DNA of 64,000 nucleotides from Patescibacteria group bacterium (lineage in GTDB: Bacteria > Patescibacteriota > Kazan-3B-28): positions 112,997-176,996 of the forward strand of contig JAQUNP010000001.1 in the NCBI GenBank assembly GCA_028717565.1. Direction: 5' to 3'. A program made the translations under genes and the position numbers. Position 1 is the first letter of the stretch. Every line of letters begins with the position of its first letter. Of this stretch, positions 31,188-41,706 are shown piece after piece. The notes under the pieces were generated by a model that was not told where the DNA came from, ran no database searches, and saw nothing but the letters and a program-made list of their open reading frames with translations.

Positions 31188-32945
31188 ATGGTAAAGCGGC
31201 TCAGAAAAACTAAAGCGGATAAGCATACCGACTTGTCAAAAATTCGCCACTCGGCGAGTCATATTTTGGCTGAAGCAGTTCTAGCACTTTATCCTGGGAC
31301 CAAGTTTGGTATCGGTCCTGCCACGAATGATGGCTTCTACTATGATTTTGAGTTTGTACGACCCATTTCAGAAGAGGCCTTGCCCCGTATTGAAGCTAAA
31401 ATGAAGGCCTTGATCGCCGAAGGCAGAAAGTTTAGCAGAAGCGAAAAGACGATAGCAACTGCCATCAAACACGCTCTAGCTGACGAGCAGCCGTATAAAG
31501 TAGACCTATTGGAGGGCTTAAAGGAGAAGGGACACAAAAAGGTTTCGTTTTATACGAGCGGCGACTTTACCGACCTGTGCGAAGGGCCTCACGTCAAGGA
31601 CACTAAAGAGATTGGAGCGATTAAGCTTTTAAGCTTGGCTGGAGCATATTGGCGGGGCAATGAAAACAACGCCCAGCTCACCCGCATTTACGGTACGGCA
31701 TTCGCGACCCAAGCTGACTTAGACGAATGCCTGTTGATGCTGGAGGAAGCCAAGAAACGAGATCATCGCATTTTGGGTGAGAAGCTGGAGCTTTTCTCTT
31801 TCCATCAGGAAGGTCCCGGATTCCCATTCTGGCATCCCAAAGGCACCTGGCTGTTCCACACGATTTTGGCATATATGCGTGCCTTGTTGGCCAAATACAA
31901 TTACGGCGAAATCATGACGCCACCGATTTTGAATGAAGAACTGTGGCATAAATCTGGCCACTGGGACAACTACAAAGAAAACATGTATTTTACGGAGATT
32001 GACGAGACACGGTTTGCAGTGAAGCCCATGAACTGTCCCGGTGGGCTTTTGGTTTTTAACAAACAGTTGCATTCCTACAAAGAACTGCCTATGCGCTTAG
32101 CCGAGTTTGGATTGGTACATAGACATGAAATGTCCGGCGTGTTACACGGGCTCTTTCGAGTTCGCGCTTTTACGCAGGACGACGCACACGTTTATTGTAT
32201 GCCAGACCAAATCAAGGACGAGATCAAGATCCTAGTCAACATGATTCAAGATGTTTACAAAGATTTTGGATTCACTAACTATCACATCGAGCTATCTACC
32301 CGCCCAGCCAAATCAATCGGCAGTGATGAGATTTGGGACAAAGCCGAAAAAATTATGCGGCAGGTAGACAAGGAAGAAAACCTGCATGCAGCTATCAACG
32401 AAGGTGATGGTGCTTTTTACGGTCCGAAATTTGACTTTCATATTAACGACTCTTTGGGTCGTAATTGGCAGATGGGTACTGTGCAACTCGATTTTTCGAT
32501 GCCGATGCGGTTGGGGGCCACCTATATAGACAAGGACGGCAGCAAGCAAACTCCGATTATGATTCATCGGGCTATTTTAGGCAGCTTGGAGCGGTTCATT
32601 GGTATCTTGATCGAACACTATGCCGGCGCGCTACCCGTCTGGCTGGCGCCGGTACAGGCCAAGGTTTTACCAATCAGTGACAAGAGCGCAACTTATGTAA
32701 AAAAGCTGTCAGGGGAACTGGCGACGGCTGGTGTACGATTTGAGATTGATGACAGAAATGAGTCCATCGGCCGTAAAATCCGTGATGCAGAAATGAGTAA
32801 AATTCCGTATATGTTGGTGGTTGGTGACAAAGAGGTGCAGGCCAAGAAGGTTGCCGTACGTCATATCCATGAAGGTGATATCGGACAAATGGCGTTGAGC
32901 AGTATTATCAAGCGCATCGGAGACGAAGTTGATAAGAAAAAATAA
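31188..32945 (+). CDS. thrS: Threonine--tRNA ligase (no N-terminal TGS domain)
   Basis: RHSASH, DLCEGPH, KPMNCP, R.F.QDDAH, IHRA.LGS.ERF. Confidence 0.98.
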   Translation: MVKRLRKTKADKHTDLSKIRHSASHILAEAVLALYPGTKFGIGPATNDGFYYDFEFVRPISEEALPRIEAKMKALIAEGRKFSRSEKTIATAIKHALADEQPYKVDLLEGLKEKGHKKVSFYTSGDFTDLCEGPHVKDTKEIGAIKLLSLAGAYWRGNENNAQLTRIYGTAFATQADLDECLLMLEEAKKRDHRILGEKLELFSFHQEGPGFPFWHPKGTWLFHTILAYMRALLAKYNYGEIMTPPILNEELWHKSGHWDNYKENMYFTEIDETRFAVKPMNCPGGLLVFNKQLHSYKELPMRLAEFGLVHRHEMSGVLHGLFRVRAFTQDDAHVYCMPDQIKDEIKILVNMIQDVYKDFGFTNYHIELSTRPAKSIGSDEIWDKAEKIMRQVDKEENLHAAINEGDGAFYGPKFDFHINDSLGRNWQMGTVQLDFSMPMRLGATYIDKDGSKQTPIMIHRAILGSLERFIGILIEHYAGALPVWLAPVQAKVLPISDKSATYVKKLSGELATAGVRFEIDDRNESIGRKIRDAEMSKIPYMLVVGDKEVQAKKVAVRHIHEGDIGQMALSSIIKRIGDEVDKKK

Positions 32946-33073
32946 TTTTGAAAACAATCCTACTCGAGCTGAGAAACGCGATGCCAAAAGACAGAAAGCC
33001 AAGGAGCAACGCCAGGATAATCGCACGTCGGTACGTTTGATAGCTCGGTTGTCCAAACCCAAGTAATTATTTT

Positions 33074-33985
33074 ATGCGTAAAGACCCCCTGCAAAATCTG
33101 AAGGTAGTAGCAGTCGTGGGGCCGACCGCATCAGGCAAATCGGAGTTAGCCGTGGAGCTAGCTCGGGTTTTTAACGGTGTAGTCATCTCCGCCGACTCCC
33201 GTCAAATTTACAGGGAAATGGACGTTGGCACCACCAAAATTAGCCGCGAAGAGATGCAGGGTGTCCCCCACTATATGCTGAGCATCGTTGAACCCAACCA
33301 AGAATTCAGTGTCAGCGCCTATCAAAAGTCGGTTATGAATTTATTAAATCGAATCGCGCACAAAAACTTGAAAGCCAAGTCCCCAATTTTACCGCTTATA
33401 GTTGGTGGTACCGGACTTTATGTGAGCGCCATTGTTGATGGATATGAATTTTCTAACGTCAAACCTGATGCTGGGCTGCGTGCCAAATTAAATGCCTCGC
33501 CTTTGGGCCAATTGGTTCAACAGCTCAAGAAATTTGATCCCGACACCACTGTGGATCTAAAAAATAAACGCCGAGTTATTAGGGCTTTGGAAATCTTCGT
33601 AGCTGGTGGCAAGCCTCCGACCCGAACACGGCCTAGTTTTTCAGTTTTGAAGATAGGACTCGGCAACAACCGCCAAAAAAATAGTCGCCAAATCCGTGAA
33701 CGCATCTGCACTATGAATATTGACGCTTTGGTAAAAGAAACCAAACGGCTACTCCGCCGACGATATAAATTGTCACTGCCAGCGCTATCTGCGTTGGGGT
33801 ATCGGGATGTCAAAGATTTTATTGATAAGAAAATCACAAAGCGTCAGCTCCAGGATAAGCTGGTACGGCTTCACAGCCAATACGCCAAACGCCAACTCAC
33901 ATGGTTTAAGCGCGATCCCCAGATAAATTGGGTGACGAATATAAATGAAGCAGAAAAGCTGGTGAGTCAGTTTTTATTCGACTAA
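33074..33985 (+). CDS. miaA: tRNA dimethylallyltransferase
   Basis: GPTASGKS, SADSRQIY, VGGTGLY, RR..RALE, YAKRQ.TWF. Confidence 0.97.
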   Translation: MRKDPLQNLKVVAVVGPTASGKSELAVELARVFNGVVISADSRQIYREMDVGTTKISREEMQGVPHYMLSIVEPNQEFSVSAYQKSVMNLLNRIAHKNLKAKSPILPLIVGGTGLYVSAIVDGYEFSNVKPDAGLRAKLNASPLGQLVQQLKKFDPDTTVDLKNKRRVIRALEIFVAGGKPPTRTRPSFSVLKIGLGNNRQKNSRQIRERICTMNIDALVKETKRLLRRRYKLSLPALSALGYRDVKDFIDKKITKRQLQDKLVRLHSQYAKRQLTWFKRDPQINWVTNINEAEKLVSQFLFD

Positions 33986-34780
33986 CTCCAACTCTTTCTC
34001 TTTTTCTGTCACCGGCTGAGTATCCGCAAGCGGTGCCGAATAAATATACCCCACGGCATCGTAATCTCCACGCAATATATTGCGTTTTATTTTAAATAGA
34101 TCAATCAGGGTGCGAATGGCCTCACGACTGGCAAACTTACTTTCCGGATCATTGTGCCACTCAATCCCGACCTCTTTGATCTTGTAACGAAGGCGTCGCG
34201 CTATCATTAAGGCCTCGAAATCAAACCCCCATCGATTGATAGTCACATTGGCAAATATGTTTTTGCCGGCCGTATGTTCAAACAACTTAAATCCGCACTG
34301 TGTGTCACAGACACCCGGGACAGCCAAGAGGCGGATCAAAATGTTTGAGAGCCGAGATAGAATAATCCGATACCAAACTTGGGATACATGAATTTTTGCC
34401 CCTGAGCAATGTCTGGAACCAAACACTACTTGGTAATCTGTGACAAACGGCCAGAGCTTTTCAATTTCACTAATGGGAGTCGCATTATCTGCATCCGCAA
34501 ATAACAAATATTTGCCTCGAGCCATCAGAATACCATTTTTTACCGCTCCGCCTTTACCTAAGTTTTGGGGATTTTTAACTAGGTACAAATTAGGCCAGCC
34601 CTCTTTGATAATCTCAACAATTGGTACAGTGGTATCCGTGCTAGCATCGTTGACCACGATAATTTCATAAGAATAGTTTTGGGCGTCAAAATATTTGCGC
34701 ATGGCCACCAGAGTTCGTCCGATGCGACGCTCTTCGTTGTAGGCCGGGATAATGACTGATAGTTGTGGCTGAATATTCAT
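33974..34780 (-). CDS. GT2 polyprenol-phosphate glycosyltransferase
   Basis: SVIIPAYNEE, VNDAS.D, GKGGAV..G, DAD, DTQCGFKLF. Confidence 0.93.
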   Translation of the reverse strand: MNIQPQLSVIIPAYNEERRIGRTLVAMRKYFDAQNYSYEIIVVNDASTDTTVPIVEIIKEGWPNLYLVKNPQNLGKGGAVKNGILMARGKYLLFADADNATPISEIEKLWPFVTDYQVVFGSRHCSGAKIHVSQVWYRIILSRLSNILIRLLAVPGVCDTQCGFKLFEHTAGKNIFANVTINRWGFDFEALMIARRLRYKIKEVGIEWHNDPESKFASREAIRTLIDLFKIKRNILRGDYDAVGYIYSAPLADTQPVTEKEKELELVE

Positions 34781-35202
34781 TTTTTAAAAACTAGGTATTT
34801 ATACGCTAGAAAATTCCAGATTAAGACAATGCCCGCTGAAACTGCCTTAGCCAAATTGTAGCTCCAAGTAAATGATATCTCGAAAAATGGATTGTGCACC
34901 AAGCAGCTAGTACCAAAGTGTACCAGCAGGTTCGACAAGCCCAAACCCACCACACTTACTATTACAAAGGTCGGGAACTGACGCAGATGCTGTGGTTGAG
35001 TGTCTTTAAAGGTCCAGTATTTGTTGAGGCAGTAGCTCACTATCACTGCGCTAGAAAAAGAAATCGTATTGGCCCAAACTGGAGCCCAACCAGCCAGTTT
35101 GATTAATAAATTCAAAATCCCGAAGTCCACTCCCGCATTGAGCATACCAGTAATAGAAAAACGTAATATCTGACCCCAAAGCGGATGATTAATATTTAGC
35201 AT
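34777..35202 (-). CDS. GtrA family flippase-like membrane protein
   Basis: RF...G..N..VD, SY.LN.YWTF, WNF...K..VF. Confidence 0.9.
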   Translation of the reverse strand: MLNINHPLWGQILRFSITGMLNAGVDFGILNLLIKLAGWAPVWANTISFSSAVIVSYCLNKYWTFKDTQPQHLRQFPTFVIVSVVGLGLSNLLVHFGTSCLVHNPFFEISFTWSYNLAKAVSAGIVLIWNFLAYKYLVFKK

Positions 35203-35929
35203 CGATTCTTTTTGCAATTAAAACCAAACTGCTCCCCCATGGTAAGCCCCAACCGCGACCCAGCCAACTGGCCTCTATTTGACTCAGCGCCACTAAAACC
35301 CCGGTCAGCCGACTTTGAGAGCTGGCTGTTTCGTAAGTGGTGCGCCGCTGCCCCCGCATCAACCAGCGGACTGCCACAAAGACCGGGAAAGTAAAGAAAA
35401 AAAACGGGGATAAAAATTTTATTTCAAAACCAGCGCATTCCACTTTCTGGCGCAAATCCAAGGCGCTATATCTTCGGAAATGGTGCAAGACCTGATCATG
35501 GGTTGTAAATAACCAAGCATGAGCGGGCACAGTTAGATACAGCCAACCATTGGGCTTAATAACTCGATGCCAGTTTTGTAGGGCCACGACATCATTTTGT
35601 ATATGTTCCAAGACATCAAAGGCAGTCACAAGATCATAGGTCGTAGCGGTTAAAATATTGCTGGCATCGCCTTCAATCACATGGCGGTAAGCCCTGTGAG
35701 CGCGACAAAAGGCCAGGGCTGTTGGCGAATTGTCTAGTCCATCTACCTGCCCCCAATCTCGTAGCCACGAAAAATTAACTCCTGCCCCGCAACCTAGATC
35801 CAATAGTTGCAGGTTGCAGTGTGGAGATACAAATCCCCCCAACACTCTGCCTAGAACCTGTCGTCTACCAATATGCCACCAGTAATTGGTTTCTTGGGCA
35901 TGCATTTCGGCCACTTCTTGAACATCCAT
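35189..35929 (-). CDS. Class I SAM-dependent methyltransferase
   Basis: E..WW..GRR, LDLGCGAG, DVLEHI, HD....H.RRY; start ATG 35929. Confidence 0.9.
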   Translation of the reverse strand: MDVQEVAEMHAQETNYWWHIGRRQVLGRVLGGFVSPHCNLQLLDLGCGAGVNFSWLRDWGQVDGLDNSPTALAFCRAHRAYRHVIEGDASNILTATTYDLVTAFDVLEHIQNDVVALQNWHRVIKPNGWLYLTVPAHAWLFTTHDQVLHHFRRYSALDLRQKVECAGFEIKFLSPFFFFTFPVFVAVRWLMRGQRRTTYETASSQSRLTGVLVALSQIEASWLGRGWGLPWGSSLVLIAKRIDAKY

Positions 35930-36004
35930 ACCATCTATTATACCTTTATTCGTAAGCCTGGTTTCGGGTATAATAATGAAGTTTTGAAGCGAATTTTTGA
36001 TAAT

Positions 36005-36079
36005 CGGGGCGTGGCGCAGTGGTAGCGCGCTCGCTTTGGGAGCGAGAGGTCGCACGTTCGAATCGTGTCGCCCCGACCA
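36005..36079 (+). tRNA. tRNA-Pro(TGG)
   Basis: Cloverleaf, loop TTTGGGA, CCA. Confidence 0.96.
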
Positions 36080-36094
36080 GAAGATAATACCCAT

Positions 36095-37852
36095 ATGAAT
36101 TTAGTTGCTGATATAAAAGCCGAGCTACACAAGACCATTACCAAGTTATGGCCGAGTGTTGATATCCCGGAAATCGTAGTCATTACACCACCTAAAGAAG
36201 AATTTGGCGACTATTCCTGTGCTGTGGCCTTGAGTTTGGCCAAAGTTATCAACGGCTCACCCATGCAGGTAGCCCAACAGCTTAAACAAAAGTTGGGGAA
36301 GATGCCGTTTGTGGATAACGTAACCTTAACCGAGCCAGGGTTTGTAAACTTCAATATCAACTATCCTAAACTAGTCGAAAAACTTCTGGACAAAAACTTG
36401 CCAAGGCCAAAGCCAAAATCCCTTAAGATTTCCGTGGAGCATACTTCAGTCAACCCCAATAAAGCTGCCCACATCGGACATCTAAGAAATGCCTGCCTCG
36501 GAGACAGTTTCGCCAGATTGGCAAAATTGATAGGGCATCAGGTTGAGGTTCAAAACTACATTGACGATCTGGGTGTGCAGGTAGCTGATAGTGTAGTGGC
36601 CTTTGAGACCCTTGGCGACGCGCCGGAAGATATTCCGATTGATAAATGGATGTGGCAGATTTATGCGGACATTTCCACTAAGTATGAGGGGAACCCCAAG
36701 CTCTTAGCTAGACGAGACGAAGTTTTACATGAAATGGAGCGTGGCGAGAGCCAGACAGCGAAAAAGATTGTTAAGGCCATGGTAGCCGCGCAGTTGCGTA
36801 CTTTTAAACGTTTTGACATCAACTACGACTTGCTGGTTTATGAAACGGATATCATAAAAAATAAGCTTTGGGATAGTTTGTTCACGGAGTTAAAAACCAA
36901 AAAGCTCATTGCCCAGGCCACCTCTGGTGATAATCAGGGGGCTTGGTTGGTTGAGTTTGGCGAAACTGAACGAGAGAACAAGATTTTGGTCAGGAGCAAC
37001 GGCCTTCCCACATACACGGCCAAGGACTTGGCCTACTACATGTGGAAGTTCGGCATTTTTGAAATGCCTGGCTACAAGCGTATTTTGAAACAAGTAGACG
37101 AGGTCGTTAATGTGGTGGACGAACGTCAAACTTATCCTTTAGCGGTAGTGAAGCACATGTTAGCTCAACTTGGGTACACCAAGGAGGCACAGCACGCGTT
37201 TCATCTCGCCTATGGTGTGGTGAAACTCTCCGCTAAGGCAGTGGAACAGCTCGGCAAAAGTCAGGGTAACAAATCGTTGAGACCGGCGTCGATGTCCGGA
37301 CGAGCTGGCATTGGCATAATGGCAGATGACCTGCTAGATACTGCGCTTGCCTTACAAACCAAACGATTTAATACACCTCAAAAAACCGCCGAACAAATTG
37401 CCATGGGCTCTATCCGTTACTATATGTTAAAAGCTCGTCCCCAGCGTGAAATCGTTTTCGACTTTGATGAGGCCTTACAAACCGATGGCAATACCGGAGT
37501 TTATCTCCAATACGCTTATGCACGAGCAAACAATATCCTAGACAAAGGGTCGGCGCATACCCCATCCCCTAGCTCGTTAACAAATTTAAACAAAAACGAG
37601 CGACGGTTGGCTAAAACCCTGGCCGAAAAAGATCAGGTATTGGCAGCGGCCTTTAGAGAGTACGACCCTTCCCAGCTGTGTGACTACGCTTATGAGTTAG
37701 CATCAACATTTGCAAAATTCTATGAAACCAGCCCTGTGCTGCAGGCCAAGCCAGATATTCAGAGTCTTCGTCTTGGTTTAGTGCGGTCTTATTTAAATAC
37801 ACTAAGGGAGATTATGGAGTGCTTGGGCATTCCCACCCTGCCTAAAATTTAA
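36095..37852 (+). CDS. argS: Arginine--tRNA ligase
   Basis: EHTSVNPNK.AHIGHLRN, MSGR.G, GNTG.YLQYA.AR. Confidence 0.97.
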   Translation: MNLVADIKAELHKTITKLWPSVDIPEIVVITPPKEEFGDYSCAVALSLAKVINGSPMQVAQQLKQKLGKMPFVDNVTLTEPGFVNFNINYPKLVEKLLDKNLPRPKPKSLKISVEHTSVNPNKAAHIGHLRNACLGDSFARLAKLIGHQVEVQNYIDDLGVQVADSVVAFETLGDAPEDIPIDKWMWQIYADISTKYEGNPKLLARRDEVLHEMERGESQTAKKIVKAMVAAQLRTFKRFDINYDLLVYETDIIKNKLWDSLFTELKTKKLIAQATSGDNQGAWLVEFGETERENKILVRSNGLPTYTAKDLAYYMWKFGIFEMPGYKRILKQVDEVVNVVDERQTYPLAVVKHMLAQLGYTKEAQHAFHLAYGVVKLSAKAVEQLGKSQGNKSLRPASMSGRAGIGIMADDLLDTALALQTKRFNTPQKTAEQIAMGSIRYYMLKARPQREIVFDFDEALQTDGNTGVYLQYAYARANNILDKGSAHTPSPSSLTNLNKNERRLAKTLAEKDQVLAAAFREYDPSQLCDYAYELASTFAKFYETSPVLQAKPDIQSLRLGLVRSYLNTLREIMECLGIPTLPKI

Positions 37853-37945
37853 GTGAGCAAAATTTATTATTAAATCATTATGTTATATAATGGTTTCTCG
37901 CACAGATAGATCCAACAGTCATAGTATGAACCACATATTACACTG

Positions 37946-37974
37946 TTGACATCCAGGCAGGAATGTGCTATAAT
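37946..37974 (+). promoter_or_regulatory. Perfect sigma70-type promoter of the small WxL-like gene
   Basis: TTGACA-17 nt-TATAAT with extended TG. Confidence 0.85.
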
Positions 37975-38013
37975 TAGACTCGTTATAGGGGGAAGTCTGA
38001 AAATGTATAAATT

Positions 38014-38655
38014 ATGGGGGCAAAAACAAACATGAAAAATAAGATCCAAAAGTTTCTTCAAGCTAGGGCGGAAATGAGCCGTCAGCTGTTGGTGTTGGAA
38101 ACCGTACTGTTCGCTACCGTAATTATGGCGGTGGCGACTATTCAAATAGTTAATGCAGATACCACTGCTGACACCAACCTAGCCCAGAACGTAACTGCTG
38201 GCTCCCTGTCCATTACTGGCCCGTCACAGCTAAACTTCAATGATGGTTCTATTGGCGAAACTACTATTGCTAATATTACCACTAGCGATCCTGTCAGAAT
38301 CGCCGATACTCGTGGTAACTTGGATGGCTGGGAAGTAACTGGCTTTTTCAATACCAACTGGCTCAAAACTGGTGATAGCAATGTTCAGATGGACATCGGT
38401 ACAGCTGATCTCTACTGGTATCCTGGAAATATGACAGTGCAAAATAATACCGGAAATAATGATGGGGTCAACAAGGGCAGTAACGCCCCCTTCCAGGGTA
38501 TTACCAATGCGCTTACGTTGGCAACTTCTAACAACTCTCATGCCGACAATGGCGCTGGCTCGTTCAATTTGTTTAATATTGAGTTCAAATACTCCATTCC
38601 AATCGGCGCTGAAGCCACTGACTACACCACCGACATGCGCCTGACCATCGCTTAA
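38014..38655 (+). CDS. Small secreted WxL-like protein
   Basis: Signal ending VNA; VTAGSLSI, DTRG...GW.V, IP......Y..(D)M.LTI C-terminus. Confidence 0.75.
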   Translation: MGAKTNMKNKIQKFLQARAEMSRQLLVLETVLFATVIMAVATIQIVNADTTADTNLAQNVTAGSLSITGPSQLNFNDGSIGETTIANITTSDPVRIADTRGNLDGWEVTGFFNTNWLKTGDSNVQMDIGTADLYWYPGNMTVQNNTGNNDGVNKGSNAPFQGITNALTLATSNNSHADNGAGSFNLFNIEFKYSIPIGAEATDYTTDMRLTIA

Positions 38656-38682
38656 AAAAAGCTTCTGGCTAAAAAACAAATA

Positions 38683-38711
38683 AGCGCCCTGAATAAATAA
38701 GGGCTCTTTTT
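38683..38711 (+). terminator. Intrinsic terminator after small WxL-like gene
   Basis: AGCGCCCT-loop-AGGGCTCT followed by T run. Confidence 0.6.
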
Positions 38712-38733
38712 GTTTTTGTTATACACTTACATT

Positions 38734-40248
38734 ATGGTAAAAACAAAAAAAGCTTTGACGCAGCCACGGTCTACTTTGGTCCGCACCAGTTGGCTGGAGA
38801 GAATGCTTCTACTATTGTTATTAGTCGCCGGAGCCAGACCTCTGCTTGACCCGGATTTTGGCTGGCATTTGCGCTCCGGGATCGATTTATTGAGAAACCT
38901 AAGTGTGCCGAAGTTTGATAGCTATGCCTACACATTACCTAACTGGCCCTGGGTCAATCATGAGTGGTTGGCCGATGGCTTGGTGGCATTTATCTACCAA
39001 AATTTAGGCGCCCTGACTCTAATCTTAGGGTTTGCGGTGTTAATTGCTTTTATCTTCTTGTTGGCCGCCTCACTAAATCGGGTTGAGTTGAAATATAAGA
39101 TAATCGCTGGTTTAATCGCTGTTTTAGCTGCTTTGCCGATCGTGGGAGTACGTATGCAGGTTCTAACTTTGTTGGGCATGGCTCTGACCATGTGGCTTAT
39201 ATATCGATATCGCCGAGGCGAGGTTAAGCACTTGTGGTGGATACCAATCATTTTTTTGGCTTGGGCCAATCTGCACGGCGGCTTTATGATCGGTCTGGTA
39301 ATTTTAGCGCTGTTCTTTATAACAGAGCTTGCAAAGTTTTGGCTACATCAGACCCGACCCGCCATCTACAACAAACTGCGGATAGTTGAAGACACGCTTT
39401 CAGCAAGAAAGCTAAAACACCTCTTGGGTATAAGTATCTTGTCAGGACTAGCCACATTGATTAATCCATATGGTTGGGGGCTGTATTTAGATTTTTACAA
39501 GCTATTTATCAATCCTTTTGCCATTAGTCACATTAGTGAGTGGCAACCAGTCACGGTTGATAACGCCATCAGTATTAACTTCTTTATTTATTTAGCGGTT
39601 TTTGTAGTGGTAATGTTTTTGGCTTATCGGAAGGTTGAGCCGACTCGGTGGGTCTTAACTTTGGTGTTTTTATACCTGTCGTTTTTATACTGGCGCAATA
39701 TGCCTTTTTTCATGGTTATGAGTGTCGGTTTTTTTGCTGAAATTATTCAGACACACACCGCTCTGGTCTTTGATAATGTAGTGCGCAACAAAACAGTTGT
39801 TACCATTGTCACTGTGGTAGTGGCGGTATTGGTAGCCCAACGGATTGCCGATGTTGTTCCCAAAGCACTTGATGCCAACCTAAATTTTAAAGCCGGCGGC
39901 TACCCGATTGATGCGGTAAATTGGATAAAAGCTAATCCCGATAAAATCGGAACTAAAATGTTTAACGAGTACGGACAGGGCGGGTTCTTGGTTTGGCAAT
40001 ATCCCGAACAACAAGTATTTGTAGACGGTCGGATGCCGTTTTGGGTAGAAGGAGATAAATTCGTCTTCTTTGATAATCAGCTCGCTTTGGATGCTCAACC
40101 TGGTTCAATCGAGATGTTAGAAACGAAATACGGTGTGGACTGGGTAATTATTAAGCCCACTCGCCCACTTGATTGGGCACTTTCGGGTCAAGCCACGTGG
40201 GCAAATGTATATCGAGACCCTTACGCAGTCATCTACAAAAAGCTATAA
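38734..40248 (+). CDS. Polytopic membrane protein, GT-C glycosyltransferase-like
   Basis: DPDFGWHL..G, W.NHEWL, W.NLHGG, NPYG, I.EW.P, F.DGR; many TM helices. Confidence 0.7.
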   Translation: MVKTKKALTQPRSTLVRTSWLERMLLLLLLVAGARPLLDPDFGWHLRSGIDLLRNLSVPKFDSYAYTLPNWPWVNHEWLADGLVAFIYQNLGALTLILGFAVLIAFIFLLAASLNRVELKYKIIAGLIAVLAALPIVGVRMQVLTLLGMALTMWLIYRYRRGEVKHLWWIPIIFLAWANLHGGFMIGLVILALFFITELAKFWLHQTRPAIYNKLRIVEDTLSARKLKHLLGISILSGLATLINPYGWGLYLDFYKLFINPFAISHISEWQPVTVDNAISINFFIYLAVFVVVMFLAYRKVEPTRWVLTLVFLYLSFLYWRNMPFFMVMSVGFFAEIIQTHTALVFDNVVRNKTVVTIVTVVVAVLVAQRIADVVPKALDANLNFKAGGYPIDAVNWIKANPDKIGTKMFNEYGQGGFLVWQYPEQQVFVDGRMPFWVEGDKFVFFDNQLALDAQPGSIEMLETKYGVDWVIIKPTRPLDWALSGQATWANVYRDPYAVIYKKL

Positions 40249-40256
40249 TTGAATCC

Positions 40257-41693
40257 ATGGGGACACCAAATAAATTAGTACGGTCATTGATCTTTTTACA
40301 GGGACTCCTGTTTTTGTTTGTGCCAACGGCAACGTTGGCCTTGGCGGCTGGAGGCATTGGCGTAGTACCGCATGTCACAGAAGAGCGTCCCGATCGGGGC
40401 GGTTGGTTTCTATACGAGGTTGACCCTGGTGAGGTTATTCAAGACGAGGCCCTACTCATCAACAACAACGATCAGACAACACATTTAACACTTGATCCAC
40501 TAGATGCGGCGCTGACAGCCGATGGAGCTTTTTCTTTGATCCGAGGCCCCGAGGACAACAAGGACATTGGCACATGGATAAAAATCGAGCAAACCGAGTT
40601 TGACTTAGAACCGCATACTCAGCTAACGGTGCCTTTTACCATTGAAGTGCCTCAAACTGCGGAAGTCGGTGACCACATTGGGGGCTTGGCAGTTTACGAA
40701 TCCGAGAAGGAGCCGGAAACGGTCTTAAAATCTGGTGGCGCCAAGGTAGGTATCTCCACACGGGTTGGAGCTCGGATTTATCTGACTGTCGCGGGTGATA
40801 TCGTGCGTGATTGGAGCATCTATCACAAGTTGTTTTACGGACAAGCAGATAAGATAAAATTTCGGTTTACGATTGCCAACCGAGGCAATATTCGTGCCAA
40901 CTTATTTATAAAGGAAGGCCGTATTTATAACATTTTTGGCCTGTTCGATAAACAAGAAGATATTTCTCTGGCGCAGGTCTTCCCTCGTGAGACAGTCAGC
41001 AAAACTTTCACCTGGCCGGGCAAGGGCCGACCGCTTTTTGGCCCGTATTTGGCGATTTTTACAATCGAGGATAAATACGTTCAGGTTAACCCCAACTCGC
41101 ATGTCATAGTCCCTGAAGTCGAACCTAAAACCATTTGGATGATCACCTTCTTTATTCCTTTCACCCAAACTGCGGTCTTACTGGGGCTGCTATTCATTGC
41201 TTGGTTCTTGTATCGCTTTATAACCTGGAAACGGTTGAGCAACTTGGCCAGACGACCAGTTAAGAAATACTCTGTTAAAGCTGGTGATACTTTAGTAGAT
41301 ATCGCCGAGGACTTTGGTGTGTCATGGAAACTGGTAGCTCATTTAAATGAGCTGAAACCACCATATAGTTTACGCCAAGTGAAGGTGCTATATGTACCCG
41401 ACGCCAGTGGTGAGAGACGCAGTATTCCAATTACTGGTTTCTGGACATTTATTACCAAGCCCGTAGCTAAAATGTTCCGAAAACGGACACAGCCCAAGCT
41501 ACAAGTGGCATCTGATGCCGTAACGGAGGAGTACATTATCGTTATCGATAAGAGCGATAAGCGTAATGACATTGAGACTTTTACAGGACTGAAATGGCAG
41601 ACCATTGCCAAATACAATCACCTGAAGTCAACCTTTAAATTAAGAGTTGGCACGGAATTAAAAATTCCGGGTAAAAAACCAAAAAAGAAGTAA
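40257..41693 (+). CDS. DUF916/DUF3324-like WxL-partner protein with TM anchor and C-terminal LysM domains
   Basis: Signal ALA; WF.Y...PG, VPFTI.VP..A..GDH.GG, RVG.RIY..V.G, N.GN; TM; YSVKAGDTL..IA. Confidence 0.8.
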   Translation: MGTPNKLVRSLIFLQGLLFLFVPTATLALAAGGIGVVPHVTEERPDRGGWFLYEVDPGEVIQDEALLINNNDQTTHLTLDPLDAALTADGAFSLIRGPEDNKDIGTWIKIEQTEFDLEPHTQLTVPFTIEVPQTAEVGDHIGGLAVYESEKEPETVLKSGGAKVGISTRVGARIYLTVAGDIVRDWSIYHKLFYGQADKIKFRFTIANRGNIRANLFIKEGRIYNIFGLFDKQEDISLAQVFPRETVSKTFTWPGKGRPLFGPYLAIFTIEDKYVQVNPNSHVIVPEVEPKTIWMITFFIPFTQTAVLLGLLFIAWFLYRFITWKRLSNLARRPVKKYSVKAGDTLVDIAEDFGVSWKLVAHLNELKPPYSLRQVKVLYVPDASGERRSIPITGFWTFITKPVAKMFRKRTQPKLQVASDAVTEEYIIVIDKSDKRNDIETFTGLKWQTIAKYNHLKSTFKLRVGTELKIPGKKPKKK

Positions 41694-41706
41694 CGGAAGG
41701 GGGTGA

